Shown here piece after piece: positions 53,425 through 63,524 of a stretch of 64,000 nucleotides of DNA (position 1 is its first letter; each line of letters starts with the position of its first letter). This DNA is from Polyangiales bacterium (GTDB taxonomy: Bacteria > Myxococcota_A > Polyangia > Polyangiales > Ga0077539). Below the pieces are notes generated by a model. That model had not been told where the DNA came from. It searched no databases and was given only the letters and a program-made list of their open reading frames with translations. Location of the stretch: contig JAWKRB010000006.1 in the NCBI GenBank assembly GCA_041389885.1, positions 195,101-259,100 of the forward strand, in the 5' to 3' direction. The position numbers were made by a program, and so were the translations under genes.

Positions 53425-54426
53425 GTGAGCTTCTCCCTCGGCACGTTCAACTGTCGCGACTTCTTCGACGACGCGACGCCGCATGTGATCGGCAACCTCG
53501 ACCGCGAGGGCTTCGGCGCGCACGCGCAGCGCCGCGCGAAGCAGCTCTACCGACGAAAGATCGACGCCGTGGCCGCGGTGGTCTCGCGCATGAACGCCGA
53601 CGTCGTGGCGTTTCAGGAGGTCGAGGGCGCGCAGGTGCTCGACGCCGTGCGCGCCGCGCTCCCGGAGATGAACTACCTCCCCGCCATGGCCGGCGCCTCC
53701 GACGCGAGGGGCATCGCGTGCGGGCTGCTGTCTCGCTTCCCGATCCGGAGCGCGGAGGTCCACGGCGTCGGCGAGCTGGCGTTCCCGGCCTTCGCCGACG
53801 GAGACCCGCGGCCCTTCATCGGGCGCCTCCACGCGCGGCGGGGTCTGCTCGAGTGCGACCTCACGCTCCCTGACGGCAGCCTGCTCACCGTCATGGTGGT
53901 GCACCTCAAGAGCGCGCGGCCCGTGCCCCGCGTCAGCGAGTCTGGCGCGAGCGTGCACATCGACGACCACTACGCCGCCGCCGAAGGCGCCTCGCGGGCG
54001 ATGGTCGTGCGCCTCGCCGAGGCCCTCCAGGTGCGCTCCCGCGTGGACGCGCGGCTGCACCGCGACGGCCGCGCGCAGATCGCCGTGCTGGGCGACCTCA
54101 ACGACGGCCCCGACTCCGTGACGGTGCGCGCCATCGCGGGGGAGCTCATCGAGACGCCCAGGGGCCGCCACACCGACCTCGACGCCCTCGCGGCCCTCGA
54201 CGCCGGCGTGCTCCACCACTGCATGCGCAGCGCGCCCGAGGGCTCGCGTCACACGCTGCTCCATCGCGGCGCCCGGCTGCAATTCGACCACGTGCTCGCG
54301 AGCCGGTGGCTCTGGCGGCGCTTTCGCGGGGTGCGGGTGCTGAACGAGTCGCTCCGCGAGGGGGGCGAGGGCTGGCGCGAAGAGGTCGAGTCGGACCACG
54401 CCGCCGTGGTCGCGTCCTTCGCCTGA
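53425..54426 (+). CDS. Endonuclease/exonuclease/phosphatase (EEP) family protein
   Basis: GTG start just after proA (VSFSLGTFNCRDFFDD). EEP motifs (VVAFQEV, LGDLNDGPDS, ESDHAAVVASF). Confidence 0.75.
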   Translation: MSFSLGTFNCRDFFDDATPHVIGNLDREGFGAHAQRRAKQLYRRKIDAVAAVVSRMNADVVAFQEVEGAQVLDAVRAALPEMNYLPAMAGASDARGIACGLLSRFPIRSAEVHGVGELAFPAFADGDPRPFIGRLHARRGLLECDLTLPDGSLLTVMVVHLKSARPVPRVSESGASVHIDDHYAAAEGASRAMVVRLAEALQVRSRVDARLHRDGRAQIAVLGDLNDGPDSVTVRAIAGELIETPRGRHTDLDALAALDAGVLHHCMRSAPEGSRHTLLHRGARLQFDHVLASRWLWRRFRGVRVLNESLREGGEGWREEVESDHAAVVASFA

Positions 54427-54621
54427 GGGGGGGCGTGACGGGCCTCGCCCGATCGGGCGTGAGTTCTTGCGCCCGCGGGAGCCCTTGAGGCATCTCCCTT
54501 CGGCGCGTGGTGTCTTCGAAGGCGCGGCGGCCTCGCGTCGGCCCTGATGGAGCGGGCGGCCCGAGGCGTGCGCGGCGGTCGCCGCAGTTGACCCTTCTCG
54601 CGAACGATGCTCTGTAAACTC

Positions 54622-54641
54622 GGTGCCGCGACGGCGGCACC
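54622..54641 (+). terminator. GC-rich hairpin (8-bp stem ggtgccgc/gcggcacc, 4-nt loop) followed by tcttcaataa
   Basis: Seen directly in the sequence about 200 nt after the EEP gene. The tail is only weakly T-rich, so function is uncertain. Confidence 0.3.
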
Positions 54642-54677
54642 TCTTCAATAACCCTTGTGGCACCGGCGGTGTGACTC

Positions 54678-55268
54678 GTGAGAACGACCCGTTCTTCCTG
54701 GCTTCAGAACATCGGCTTGATGGCGTCGCTCGCCCTGGCCGTCCTGTCGGCCCCGGCCTCGGCCGACGCGACGGTGGCGGTGGAGCTCCCTCGCGCGCAG
54801 CTCGTATCAGACGCAGACCTCGTGGTGCGGGTGACGGTCCTCGACCACCGCAGCGCGTGGGACGCAGACAACACCGCGATCCGCACCTGGACTCGCCTCA
54901 GGGTCACCGAGTACCTCAAGGGCAGCGGCCCCTCTGAGCTCACCGTGCGGCAGATCGGGGGCGAGGCCGAGGGGCTCGCGCAGTATGTGCCCGGCGACCC
55001 TCGGCTGCGTGAGGGCGCCGACCTCGTGGTCTTTCTCCGCCGCGGAGAAGGCGTGCAGTTCCTCACCGCGATGGCGCAGTCGGTCTTCTACGTCGAGCGC
55101 GGCCCCGACGGCGAGGCCTACGTGCGCCGCGACCTCACGGGCCTGACCTTCGCGAGGGTCTCTCCGACGCGCCCGATGGAGGTGTACGAGCCCGAGAGCG
55201 TCTCGGTGGTCGAGACCCTCGACCAGCTCCGCGCGTCCATCCGACAGGGCGCTGGGGGGGCGCGGTGA
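54678..55268 (+). CDS. Secreted hypothetical protein, translationally coupled to the downstream metalloprotease
   Basis: Signal peptide (MRTTRSSWLQNIGLMASLALAVLSAPASA). 196 aa. The stop overlaps the start of the next gene. Confidence 0.55.
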   Translation: MRTTRSSWLQNIGLMASLALAVLSAPASADATVAVELPRAQLVSDADLVVRVTVLDHRSAWDADNTAIRTWTRLRVTEYLKGSGPSELTVRQIGGEAEGLAQYVPGDPRLREGADLVVFLRRGEGVQFLTAMAQSVFYVERGPDGEAYVRRDLTGLTFARVSPTRPMEVYEPESVSVVETLDQLRASIRQGAGGAR

Positions 55269-56551
55269 GGCCGCGCGCGACCGCCGCCGCGGCGCTCCTC
55301 ACGGCGCTCCTCGCGAACGCCACCGCCGGCGCCTGGGTCTCTCAAGACGCGCAGTGGAACCCCGCGACCCTCCCCATCGGGTACCGCGTCAACGCCGCCA
55401 CCGCGCCCTCGTCGATCGGCGCGTCGGGCGCGCTCGCGGCGATCGACGGTGGCATGGCGAGCTGGGCGGGGCCGACCTGCACGCGCTGGCGCAGCACGAA
55501 CCTCGGCTCGACCTCGGTCACCCGCGCGAGTGCGCGTGACAACGTGAACACCTTCCTCTGGCTCTCGGGCTCGTGGCCCGCGGAGCTCGGGTCGGTGAAC
55601 GTGACGATCGGCGTCACGACGCCGGTGTTCATCCCCGGTCGGTACGTGCTCGACGCCGACATCCAGTTCAACGCCGTGGGCTTCACCTGGAGCACGACGG
55701 GCGCGAGAAACACGGTCGACACGCAGTCGATCGCGACGCACGAGGAGGGGCACTTCCTCGGGCTCGACCATCCCCCGGTGCGCGGCGCGGTGATGTACGC
55801 GTCGTACTCGGGGGGCGTGCTCCGCAACCTCAGCTCCGACGACATCGCCGGCGTGTGCGCGCTCTACCCTTCGGGGGGCGCCGTGCCCGACGCGGGCCCC
55901 CCGGCCGACCCCTGCGCGCGCTTCACCAGCTGCGCGGGGTGTACCCCCAACCAGAACTGCGGCTGGTGCGAGTCCTCGAACTCCTGCCAGACCGGCACCT
56001 CGACCGGATCGACCACCGGCCCCGCCTGCTCAGGCAACTGGCGCTGGGACCCGCGCACCTGCACCGGCGCCACCGACCCCTGCAACGCCTTCACGTCGTG
56101 CTCCTCGTGCACCGCGCAGAACCAGTGCGGGTGGTGCGGCGCGACCAACCGCTGCGTGCTGGGCACGCCGACAGGACCGGCGGCCGGCGGCAGCTGCGGC
56201 GGCTACGCCTGGACCTCGAACATGTGCGCCGCCAGCACCGACGCGGGCGCGCCGACGGGCACGCAGCGCTTCGGCGAGCCGTGTCAGATGCGCGCGGACT
56301 GCGCGTCGGGGCTGCTCTGCGTCGGCGGCAGCGGCGTGTCGCCCTTCTGCACGCGGGTGTGCACCGATGACTGCACGTGTCCGCGCGGCTACGGCTGCGC
56401 CGCGCGCTTGTCGACCGGGCAGACCGTGTGCGTGCCGGGCAACAACGGCTGCGTGACCGGCGTCGACGCCGGCGCGCCGACCGACGTTGTCGTCCCGCGC
56501 GACGTGGTCACCCCCGTGACGTGGTCGCTCCCCGCGACGTGGTCACCCTGA
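55265..56551 (+). CDS. Secreted matrixin-like (metzincin) zinc metalloprotease with two PSI (plexin-repeat) domains; the C-terminal anchor appears frameshifted
   Basis: Signal peptide, HEEGHFLGLDHP (the HExxHxxGxxH motif) and a Met-turn (AVMYASY). Two CxxCxxxxxCGWC modules (CAGCTPNQNCGWCESSNSC; CSSCTAQNQCGWCGATNRC). Confidence 0.85.
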   Translation: MRPRATAAAALLTALLANATAGAWVSQDAQWNPATLPIGYRVNAATAPSSIGASGALAAIDGGMASWAGPTCTRWRSTNLGSTSVTRASARDNVNTFLWLSGSWPAELGSVNVTIGVTTPVFIPGRYVLDADIQFNAVGFTWSTTGARNTVDTQSIATHEEGHFLGLDHPPVRGAVMYASYSGGVLRNLSSDDIAGVCALYPSGGAVPDAGPPADPCARFTSCAGCTPNQNCGWCESSNSCQTGTSTGSTTGPACSGNWRWDPRTCTGATDPCNAFTSCSSCTAQNQCGWCGATNRCVLGTPTGPAAGGSCGGYAWTSNMCAASTDAGAPTGTQRFGEPCQMRADCASGLLCVGGSGVSPFCTRVCTDDCTCPRGYGCAARLSTGQTVCVPGNNGCVTGVDAGAPTDVVVPRDVVTPVTWSLPATWSP

Positions 56552-56570
56552 TGGACGTCGTCGCCGCCCC
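56496..56570 (+). repeat. 17/18/18-bp tandem repeats (GACGTGGTC-containing units) at the 3' end of the metalloprotease gene
   Basis: GACGTGGTC occurs at 56501, 56518 and 56536, with GACGTCGTC at 56554. The first period is 17 nt rather than 18, which moves the reading frame. Confidence 0.6.
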
Positions 56571-56822
56571 GACGCGCCCGCGCCGACGCCCGACGCAGCG
56601 ACTCCCACGGACGACATGGGCAAGGCCGAAGACCTCGGGCCCCTGCCTTTCATCAACCCGGGGTCGACCGGTGGCTGCGGCTGTCGCACGACCTCGACCC
56701 CCTCCGCGCGCGCGGCGGCGTCCTGGCCGCCCTTCTCGCGCTGGGCGTGACGGTTCGTCGACGGCGCCGCCGCTGAATCCCCAAGTGCCTCGCGGCGCCC
56801 CCGGTCGGCGCCGCGGGGTTCC

Positions 56823-58097
56823 TCACCGCCGCCGCCGCCGGGTCCTCACCGCCGCGAGCGCCGCGAGCGCCGCGAAGGGCATGAGCGATCGAGAGGCGCC
56901 GGGGCTCGCGCTGCACGACTTGTACTCGACATAGCCACAGGGCAGCGGCTCTGGGGGGCGGTTCTGCAGGGTGCCGTAGCGGTAGAGCGTGTCGCGCAGG
57001 CCCAGGTCGCTCGCCTGGAGCTGGAGGTCACGGTCGAGGGCGCGGGGGCCGAGCTCGGCGCGGAGCCGCGTGACGTTGGCCTGATCGCCGAGGCCCTCGA
57101 AGGCCTGCTCGGTGTCGTTCGAGACCATCTCCGAGGGGAGGGAGCCGCGCACGCTGGAGATGAGGTTCGACACGGTGAACCGCGAGAGCACCTGCGACGA
57201 CTCCGTGAGCCAGAGCCGCTCGTCGTTGCGCGCGTTCAGCGTGCGAAAGGCGCGCAGAAAGTCGGCCGAGGCGTCGGCGCTGGGGTTGTTGTAGTCGTAG
57301 ACGAGGTCGGCGTCGCGGAGCTCGCCGTTGGGCCAACCCAGGGCCTCCATGCGTGAGGGCGCGAGCACGATCAGGAGCAGGCCGACCTTGTCGCCGACGC
57401 CCGCGGAGATCATGCGCAAGGGCAGCGTCGGCGCCGAGCCGGGGACCGTCACGCGCACCGGCTGCATCTGCGCCACGCCCTCGCCCGCGCGGAGCTTCAG
57501 GGCGACGAAGTCCATGCGCAGCGAGACGTAGTGGTCGAGGATCGGGTCGATGCTGGGCGGCACGAAGTACCCGTTGCTGCGCAGCCAGTCGCGAATGGCG
57601 TTGGGGTCGTCGCCACGGATCGTCGCCTGGTCATAGGGGCCCACGACCTGCTGCTGAAGCACCTGCACGGGGGGCTGGGTGGCGTTGTCTTCGGCCCCCG
57701 CGGCGCGGGACGACGAGGACGCGAAGAGTCCTCCGCCGCCGCTGTCGCAGAAGCGCGTGGGCGGCGGGGGCGCCGGCTGGACCCGCGGGGCCGAGAGGTT
57801 GTCCAGCACGGTCATGAAGCGCGGGTCGGAGAGCTCCACCCGCGCGTTCATCCCGTCGCGAATGGGGAGGATCCAGGTGAACTCCTCGGCGCGTCCCGAG
57901 AAGGCGAACTGGTCCCAGAGGATCGTGCGGCGATCGGAGACCGAGAAGACCATTCGGTGGTCGGTCACCACCTGCACCGCGGTGGGTGAGGGCTGGTGAA
58001 AGCAGCCCCCGCACGCGCGCGCCTCAGAGGCCGACCCCAGCGTCACGCCGAGGACCAGAGAAGAGACCAGCAGACTCCGGAGCGGGATCATTCGCAT
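56823..58097 (-). CDS. Secreted hypothetical protein with a C-terminal Cys/TM/RRRRR (MYXO-CTERM-like) tail
   Basis: Internal start MRMIPLRSLLVSSLVLGVTLGSASEARACGGCFH (signal peptide). C-terminus ...PLPCGYVEYKSCSASPGASRSLMPFAALAALAAVRTRRRRR*. Confidence 0.7.
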   Translation of the reverse strand: MRMIPLRSLLVSSLVLGVTLGSASEARACGGCFHQPSPTAVQVVTDHRMVFSVSDRRTILWDQFAFSGRAEEFTWILPIRDGMNARVELSDPRFMTVLDNLSAPRVQPAPPPPTRFCDSGGGGLFASSSSRAAGAEDNATQPPVQVLQQQVVGPYDQATIRGDDPNAIRDWLRSNGYFVPPSIDPILDHYVSLRMDFVALKLRAGEGVAQMQPVRVTVPGSAPTLPLRMISAGVGDKVGLLLIVLAPSRMEALGWPNGELRDADLVYDYNNPSADASADFLRAFRTLNARNDERLWLTESSQVLSRFTVSNLISSVRGSLPSEMVSNDTEQAFEGLGDQANVTRLRAELGPRALDRDLQLQASDLGLRDTLYRYGTLQNRPPEPLPCGYVEYKSCSASPGASRSLMPFAALAALAAVRTRRRRR

Positions 58098-58559
58098 CAC
58101 CTCAATGACCCAGTGTACTGCGAGCGCCGTGCCGGGGGCACCGGGCTCGGAGGGCGCGTCCTCTTTGAGGGACCCTCCGGTCGACCGCCGCGACGCGCGG
58201 CCAGCCGAGGGCGACCCGGCTCGCACCCGACCCGGAGCGGCGCGGTCCCCACCGAAGGTGGCTGTGCGCCGAATGCTCGGTCGCTGGGGGCACGGGTGTG
58301 AAGCCATGGCACACGCGCCTCTCCCAGGCGGGTCTCCCCGGGAGGGGGCCTTCGGGGCAATCGTGTGACGGGGCGGCGCAAAACTGGAGACGCATCGCTG
58401 AGGGACTACACAGGGTTCGCGCGGTGAGGTAATGCGGCACTCCCTCCTGGGCGGGTCTCGACCCCGTCGCGCGTCCTGCGCGTTGACGCGGCGGTCGGTG
58501 CCCCCGAGGGGACCATTGTTCTCCGCTTCGCCCTCGAAAGGAGCCGCAAGGAGCCTCCG

Positions 58560-60623
58560 GTGGAAACCAACCTGTCGTTCGCATCCATGGGCACCGGCGC
58601 TGTCGCGCTGGTCATCGCGTTCCTATTTTTCGCCCGCGTGAGGGCTGCCCCCGAGGGCAACGAGGCGATGGCCCGCATCGCGCGGTACATCCGCGAGGGC
58701 GCGATGGCGTTCCTCGCGGCGGAGTACAGGGTCCTCGCGGTGTACACCGCGGTCGTCGCGGGCCTGCTCGCGCTGGCGCTGGGACCCAAGGCCGCGGGCG
58801 CGTTCATCGCGGGCGCGTTCCTCTCGCTCCTCGCGGGCTTCATCGGGATGAAGGGCGCGACCTTCGCCAACGTCCGCACGGCCGAGACCGCGCGCGCCAA
58901 CGGCAAGCCCTCCGCGCTCGTCATGGCCCTCGACGGCGGCGCCGTCATGGGCCTCTGCGTCGCGGGCCTCGGGCTGCTGGGGATGGGCGCGGTGTACTTC
59001 GTCTTCCGCGGCACCCCTGACTTCAACACGGTGATCCACTCCTTCGCCGTGGGCGCCAGCTCCATCGCGCTCTTCGCGCGCATCGGCGGCGGCATCTACA
59101 CGAAGGCCGCCGACGTCGGCGCCGACATCGCCGGCAAGGTCGAGGAGAACATCCCCGAAGACGACCCCCGCAACCCCGGCGTCATCGCCGACAACGTGGG
59201 CGACAACGTGGGCGACATCGCGGGCATGGGCGCCGACATCTACGAGAGCTACGTCGCCGCGGTCGTGTCGGCGATGGCCCTCGCGATGACGCTCCCGCCG
59301 TCGAGCCTCCAGGCCCTCTCGAGCGAGACCGACGAGACGAACCTGCGGCGCCTCGGCGTGCTCCTCCCGCTGCTCCTCGCGACCCTCGGGCTCGCCGTGA
59401 GCATCGTCGGCATCTTCATCACGCGCATGTTGAAGAACATGGCGCCCGCGAAGGTGCTGCGCGCGGCGCTGATCCTCCCGCCGATCCTCGTGAGCGCGGC
59501 GTCGGTCGTGATCCTCCCGATGTTCGGCTACAACATGAACGCCGTGGTGACCCTCGCCGCGGGCGCGGTCGGCGGCGGCGTCATCGGTCTCATCACCGAC
59601 TACTACACGTCCATGGGCCCCATCGAGAAGGTCGCCGAGGCGTCGAAGACCGGCGCGGGCACCAACGTGATCCGCGGCCTCGCCGTGGGCCTCGAGAGCG
59701 TCGCGGTGCCGATCTTCACGATCTGCGTCGTGGGCTACGTGTCGAACTCGGCCCTGGGCCTCTACGGCATCGCCATCGCGGCCGTCGGCATGCTCGCCGG
59801 CACCGCGATCGTGATGACCGTCGACGCCTACGGCCCCATCGCCGACAACGCCGGCGGCATCGCCGAGATGGCCGGCCTCGGCAAGTCGGTGCGCGACATC
59901 ACCGACGAGCTCGACGCCGTGGGCAACACCACCGCGGCCGTGGGCAAGGGCTTCGCCATCGGCTCGGCGATCCTCACCGTGGTGGCGCTCTTCGCGGCGT
60001 TCAACCAGGAGGTGGCGAACCATCGCCTCGGCCTGCACCTGCCGGCGATCACCCTCGAGCTCACCGACGCCAATGTGCTGATGGGCGTGCTCTTCGGCGC
60101 GATCCTGCCCTGCATCGTCGGCGCCACCACGATGACCGCGGTCGGCCGCGCCGCCGGCGCGATCGTCGAGGAGATCCGCCGTCAGTTCCGGGAGATCCCG
60201 GGCCTGCGCGAGCTCAAGGAGGGCGTCGAGCCCGAGCCCGCGAAGATCGTCGCCATCGCGACCAACGCCGCGCTGCGGGAGATGATCCTCCCCGGCGCGG
60301 TCGCCGTCCTCGCGCCGGTGCTCGTCGGCTTCGTCGCCGGGCCGAAGATGCTCGCGGGCACCCTCGCGGGCGCGCTCGCCGTGGGCGCGACGCTCTCGCT
60401 CGTGATGGCCAACGGCGGCGGCGCCTGGGACAACGCGAAGAAGTTCATCGAGAAGGGCGGCCTCCCGGGCCACGCGAAGGGCTCCGACGCGCACAAGGCC
60501 GCCGTCGTCGGCGACACCGTGGGCGACCCCTTCAAGGACACCTCGGGCCCCGGCATCTCGATCCTCATCAAGGTGATGAGCGTCGTCTCCCTGCTCATCG
60601 CGCCGCTCATCGCGTCGCGCTGA
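58560..60623 (+). CDS. hppA: H+-translocating (K+-insensitive) membrane pyrophosphatase
   Basis: [19 protein letters not shown]...[21 protein letters not shown]; 687 aa polytopic membrane protein. Confidence 0.95.
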   Translation: METNLSFASMGTGAVALVIAFLFFARVRAAPEGNEAMARIARYIREGAMAFLAAEYRVLAVYTAVVAGLLALALGPKAAGAFIAGAFLSLLAGFIGMKGATFANVRTAETARANGKPSALVMALDGGAVMGLCVAGLGLLGMGAVYFVFRGTPDFNTVIHSFAVGASSIALFARIGGGIYTKAADVGADIAGKVEENIPEDDPRNPGVIADNVGDNVGDIAGMGADIYESYVAAVVSAMALAMTLPPSSLQALSSETDETNLRRLGVLLPLLLATLGLAVSIVGIFITRMLKNMAPAKVLRAALILPPILVSAASVVILPMFGYNMNAVVTLAAGAVGGGVIGLITDYYTSMGPIEKVAEASKTGAGTNVIRGLAVGLESVAVPIFTICVVGYVSNSALGLYGIAIAAVGMLAGTAIVMTVDAYGPIADNAGGIAEMAGLGKSVRDITDELDAVGNTTAAVGKGFAIGSAILTVVALFAAFNQEVANHRLGLHLPAITLELTDANVLMGVLFGAILPCIVGATTMTAVGRAAGAIVEEIRRQFREIPGLRELKEGVEPEPAKIVAIATNAALREMILPGAVAVLAPVLVGFVAGPKMLAGTLAGALAVGATLSLVMANGGGAWDNAKKFIEKGGLPGHAKGSDAHKAAVVGDTVGDPFKDTSGPGISILIKVMSVVSLLIAPLIASR

Positions 60624-60629
60624 ACCCGC

Positions 60630-61151
60630 TCACCCCGAACGGCGGTCTCCGCGGCCGCCGTCGACCCCCAGCACCGAGCGAAGCCCCGTCAGGATCGCGT
60701 GCACCTCCTTGCGGTGCACGAGGTACTCCGTGACCTCTTGCGGGCTCAGGTCGATCAGCGCGCGAAAGAGCCGGTAGATCCGATCGGTCCCGCCGCCTGG
60801 GATCAGCGAGGCGCGGAGCTCTTCGTGCGACGCGCGGTCTCGGCTGTGCAGGTCGCGCAGGCGCTCGATCTCGGCGTAGGCGCCCAGGAGCTGCGCGGTG
60901 AGGAGCCCCATGGCGTGGGAGAGGTTCTCGTTGCGCTCGGTCTGCTCCTCGAGGCGCTTGCGGAGCTCGCCGATGTCCCGCTCCAGCGAGGGGACCACGC
61001 GCAGGAAGTACTCCTGCGCGCCCTGCGGCGTCATGCGGCGACCGACCTCGGCGTGGGTCATCGGCGTGGACGACGGCGCGGAGGACGGGGAGGTCGGCTG
61101 CGGCAGGAGGGAGTTACGGCTGCGCGGCCCTGGCGGCAGACCCGAGTTCAT
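60630..61151 (-). CDS. Hypothetical protein
   Basis: 173-aa ORF with a Pro/Ser-rich N-terminus and a helical C-terminal part. Weak support; the start may be internal. Confidence 0.35.
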   Translation of the reverse strand: MNSGLPPGPRSRNSLLPQPTSPSSAPSSTPMTHAEVGRRMTPQGAQEYFLRVVPSLERDIGELRKRLEEQTERNENLSHAMGLLTAQLLGAYAEIERLRDLHSRDRASHEELRASLIPGGGTDRIYRLFRALIDLSPQEVTEYLVHRKEVHAILTGLRSVLGVDGGRGDRRSG

Positions 61152-61223
61152 CGGTCCGAGACGGTACCACGGCGCGCGAGGCGCCTCCGACGGAGCTGCT
61201 GAACCGGCAGAATTCTTTGGGGT

Positions 61224-63462
61224 TCAGCGCCGGGTGGGGGGAGGGCGCCCGAGCTCGTACTGCGCCGGCCAGGGCTGCGCGTCCCACAACTGCTGGGCCG
61301 CGGCGTGGAGGGTCCAGAAGGGGTCGGCGAGGTGTGGCCGAGCCAGGGCGCAGAGGTCGGCGCGCCCCGAGGCGACGAGGGTGTTCACCTGGTCGGCGGT
61401 GGTGACCGCGCCCACCGTGATCGTCGGGACGCCGACCTCGTTGCGGATCAGCTCGCTCCAGGGTGCCTGAAACATCCTGCCGTACAAGGGCTTCTGATCG
61501 GCCACGGTCATCCCCGTCGAGACGTCGATCAGGTCGCAGCCAGCGCGCTTGAGCGCGGCGGTGAAGGCGAGGACGTCCTCGTCGGTGATCCCCCCCTCGT
61601 GCCAGTCGGTGGCCGAGACCCGCACCGACATCGGCTTGCGCGCCGGCCACGCCGCGCGCATCGCGGTGAACACCTCCAGGGGGAAGCGCGCGCGCCCCTC
61701 GATGCCTCCGCCGTACTCGTCGCTGCGCGCGTTGGTGAGCGGCGAGAGAAAGCTCCCGAGGAGGTACCCGTGCGCGCAGTGCAGCTCGAGCAGGTCGAAG
61801 CCCGCGTCGTCGGCCAGGCGCGCGGCTCGAACGAAGGCGTCACGCACCGCGTCCATGCCGGCGCGGTCGAGCTCCAGGGGCACAGGCCAGCCCTCGCGGT
61901 AGGCGATGGGGGAGGGGGCCACGAGGGGCCAGGCGCCTTCGGTCAGGGGCGCGCCGCCCTCCCACGGCACCGCCGTCGAGCCCTTGCGCCCCGCGTGGCC
62001 GAGCTGCAGCCCGATCTTCGCGCGGCTGCGCTGGTGCACGAACGAGGTGATCCTCCGCCAGGCCTCGACGTGCTCGGGGCGGTACATCCCCGCGCAGCCC
62101 GGCGTGATGCGCCCCTCGGTACGAGACGTCGGTCATCTCGCACATGACCAGCCCGGCGCCGCCCTGCGCCCTGGCGCCGTAGTGCACGAGGTGAAAATCG
62201 CCCACCGCGCCGTCGACGGCGGAGTACATGCACATGGGAGACACCACCACGCGGTTCTCGAGGGTGAGCTCGCGCAGGCGCAGCGGGGTGAACATCGGCG
62301 GGGTGTCGGGGGTCGCCCCCGCGCGCTCGGCGAACCACGCGCGCACGTCGTCGACCAGGGGCGGGTCGCGCAGGCCGAGGTTCTCGTAGCCGATCTTCTT
62401 CGAGCGCGTGAGCAGCGCGAAGGCGAACTGCTTCGGGTGCATGCCGCGGTGGCGCCGCACGTTCTCGAACCACGTCAGCGAGTCCTGCGCGGCCTTCTGC
62501 ACGCGCTCGGTCATGGGTCGCCGCGCCTCCTCGTAGCGCGCGAGCGCGGCGGGGACGTCCTCGTCGACGCGGAACGCGTCGGCGAGGGCGATGGCGTCTT
62601 CCATCGCGAGCTTGGTGCCGCTGCCGATGGAGAAGTGCGCGGTGTGCACGGCGTCTCCGAGGAGCACGACGTTGCCCGTCGACCAGCGGGCGTTTCGCAC
62701 CGTGGTGAAGCGGCCCCAGGAGGAGCGGTTCTGCAGCAGGGGGTGGCCGTCGAGCCACGGCGCGAAGAGCGCCTCGAGCCAGCGCACGGCGTCGTCGACG
62801 GGCATCTCGTCGAGGCCGGCGTCTCGCCACGACCGCTCGTCGCACTCGACGATGAAGGTCGAGTGGCGGTCGTCGTAGCGGTAGGCGTGGACCTGAAAGA
62901 CCGCGCCCGGCACCGACTCGGGCTCGGCGAAGATGAACGTGAACGCGTCGAAGAGGCGCGTGGTGCCGAGCCAGATGAACATGCACCGGCGCGGGTCGAG
63001 GGAGGGCTGAAACTCCTCGGCCCACGCCGCGCGCACGCCGCTGCGAATCCCGTCTGCGCCCACGAGGAGGTCGCACCGCGCGGCGAGGGCGCGGGGGTCG
63101 GCGACCTCTTCGTCGTAGCGGATCTCGACGCCGAGCTGCTGCGCGCGCTCGACGAGGATGTCGAGGAGCCGGTGCCTCCCGATGCCCGAGAAGCCGTGCC
63201 CGCGCGAGCGGGTGACGACGCCGCGGTCGTGCACGTCGATCTCGTCCCAGTGCGCGAAGTCGCGGGTGATCGCGGCGTGGGTGGGCGCGTCGGCCTCGAA
63301 GAGGTTGCCGAGGGTCTCGTCGCTGAAGACCACGCCCCAGCCGAAGGTCTGAGCGCGCGGGTTGCGCTCGATCAGGGTGATGTCCCAGGTGGGGTGCTCG
63401 CGCTTCGCGAGGATGGCGAAATACAAACCCGCGGGACCCGCTCCGACGCCCGTTACCTTCAC
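61224..63462 (-). pseudogene. FAD-dependent monooxygenase / Old-Yellow-Enzyme fusion (salicylyl-CoA 5-hydroxylase/oxidoreductase-like) interrupted by a single-base frameshift near 62120
   Basis: ORF 61840..63462 encodes a FAD monooxygenase ([19 protein letters not shown]...[22 protein letters not shown]) and the start of an OYE domain ([26 protein letters not shown]...[24 protein letters not shown]). The OYE continues in another frame as [23 protein letters not shown]...HCAHGYLL (ORF 61224..62087). One extra nucleotide in tcgTaccgag joins the two. Confidence 0.7.
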
Positions 63463-63524
63463 CGTGCAACCTCCGTGGGACGGGAGCGCCTCCCGTCGGC
63501 GGCGGTAGTGTACCGTCTCGCGCC

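Noticed and set aside
54640-54680. Possible sigma-54 promoter (TGGCAC) just upstream of the secreted-protein/protease operon
   Set aside because: There is no correctly spaced -12 GC/TTGC element. The match is to the -24 half only.
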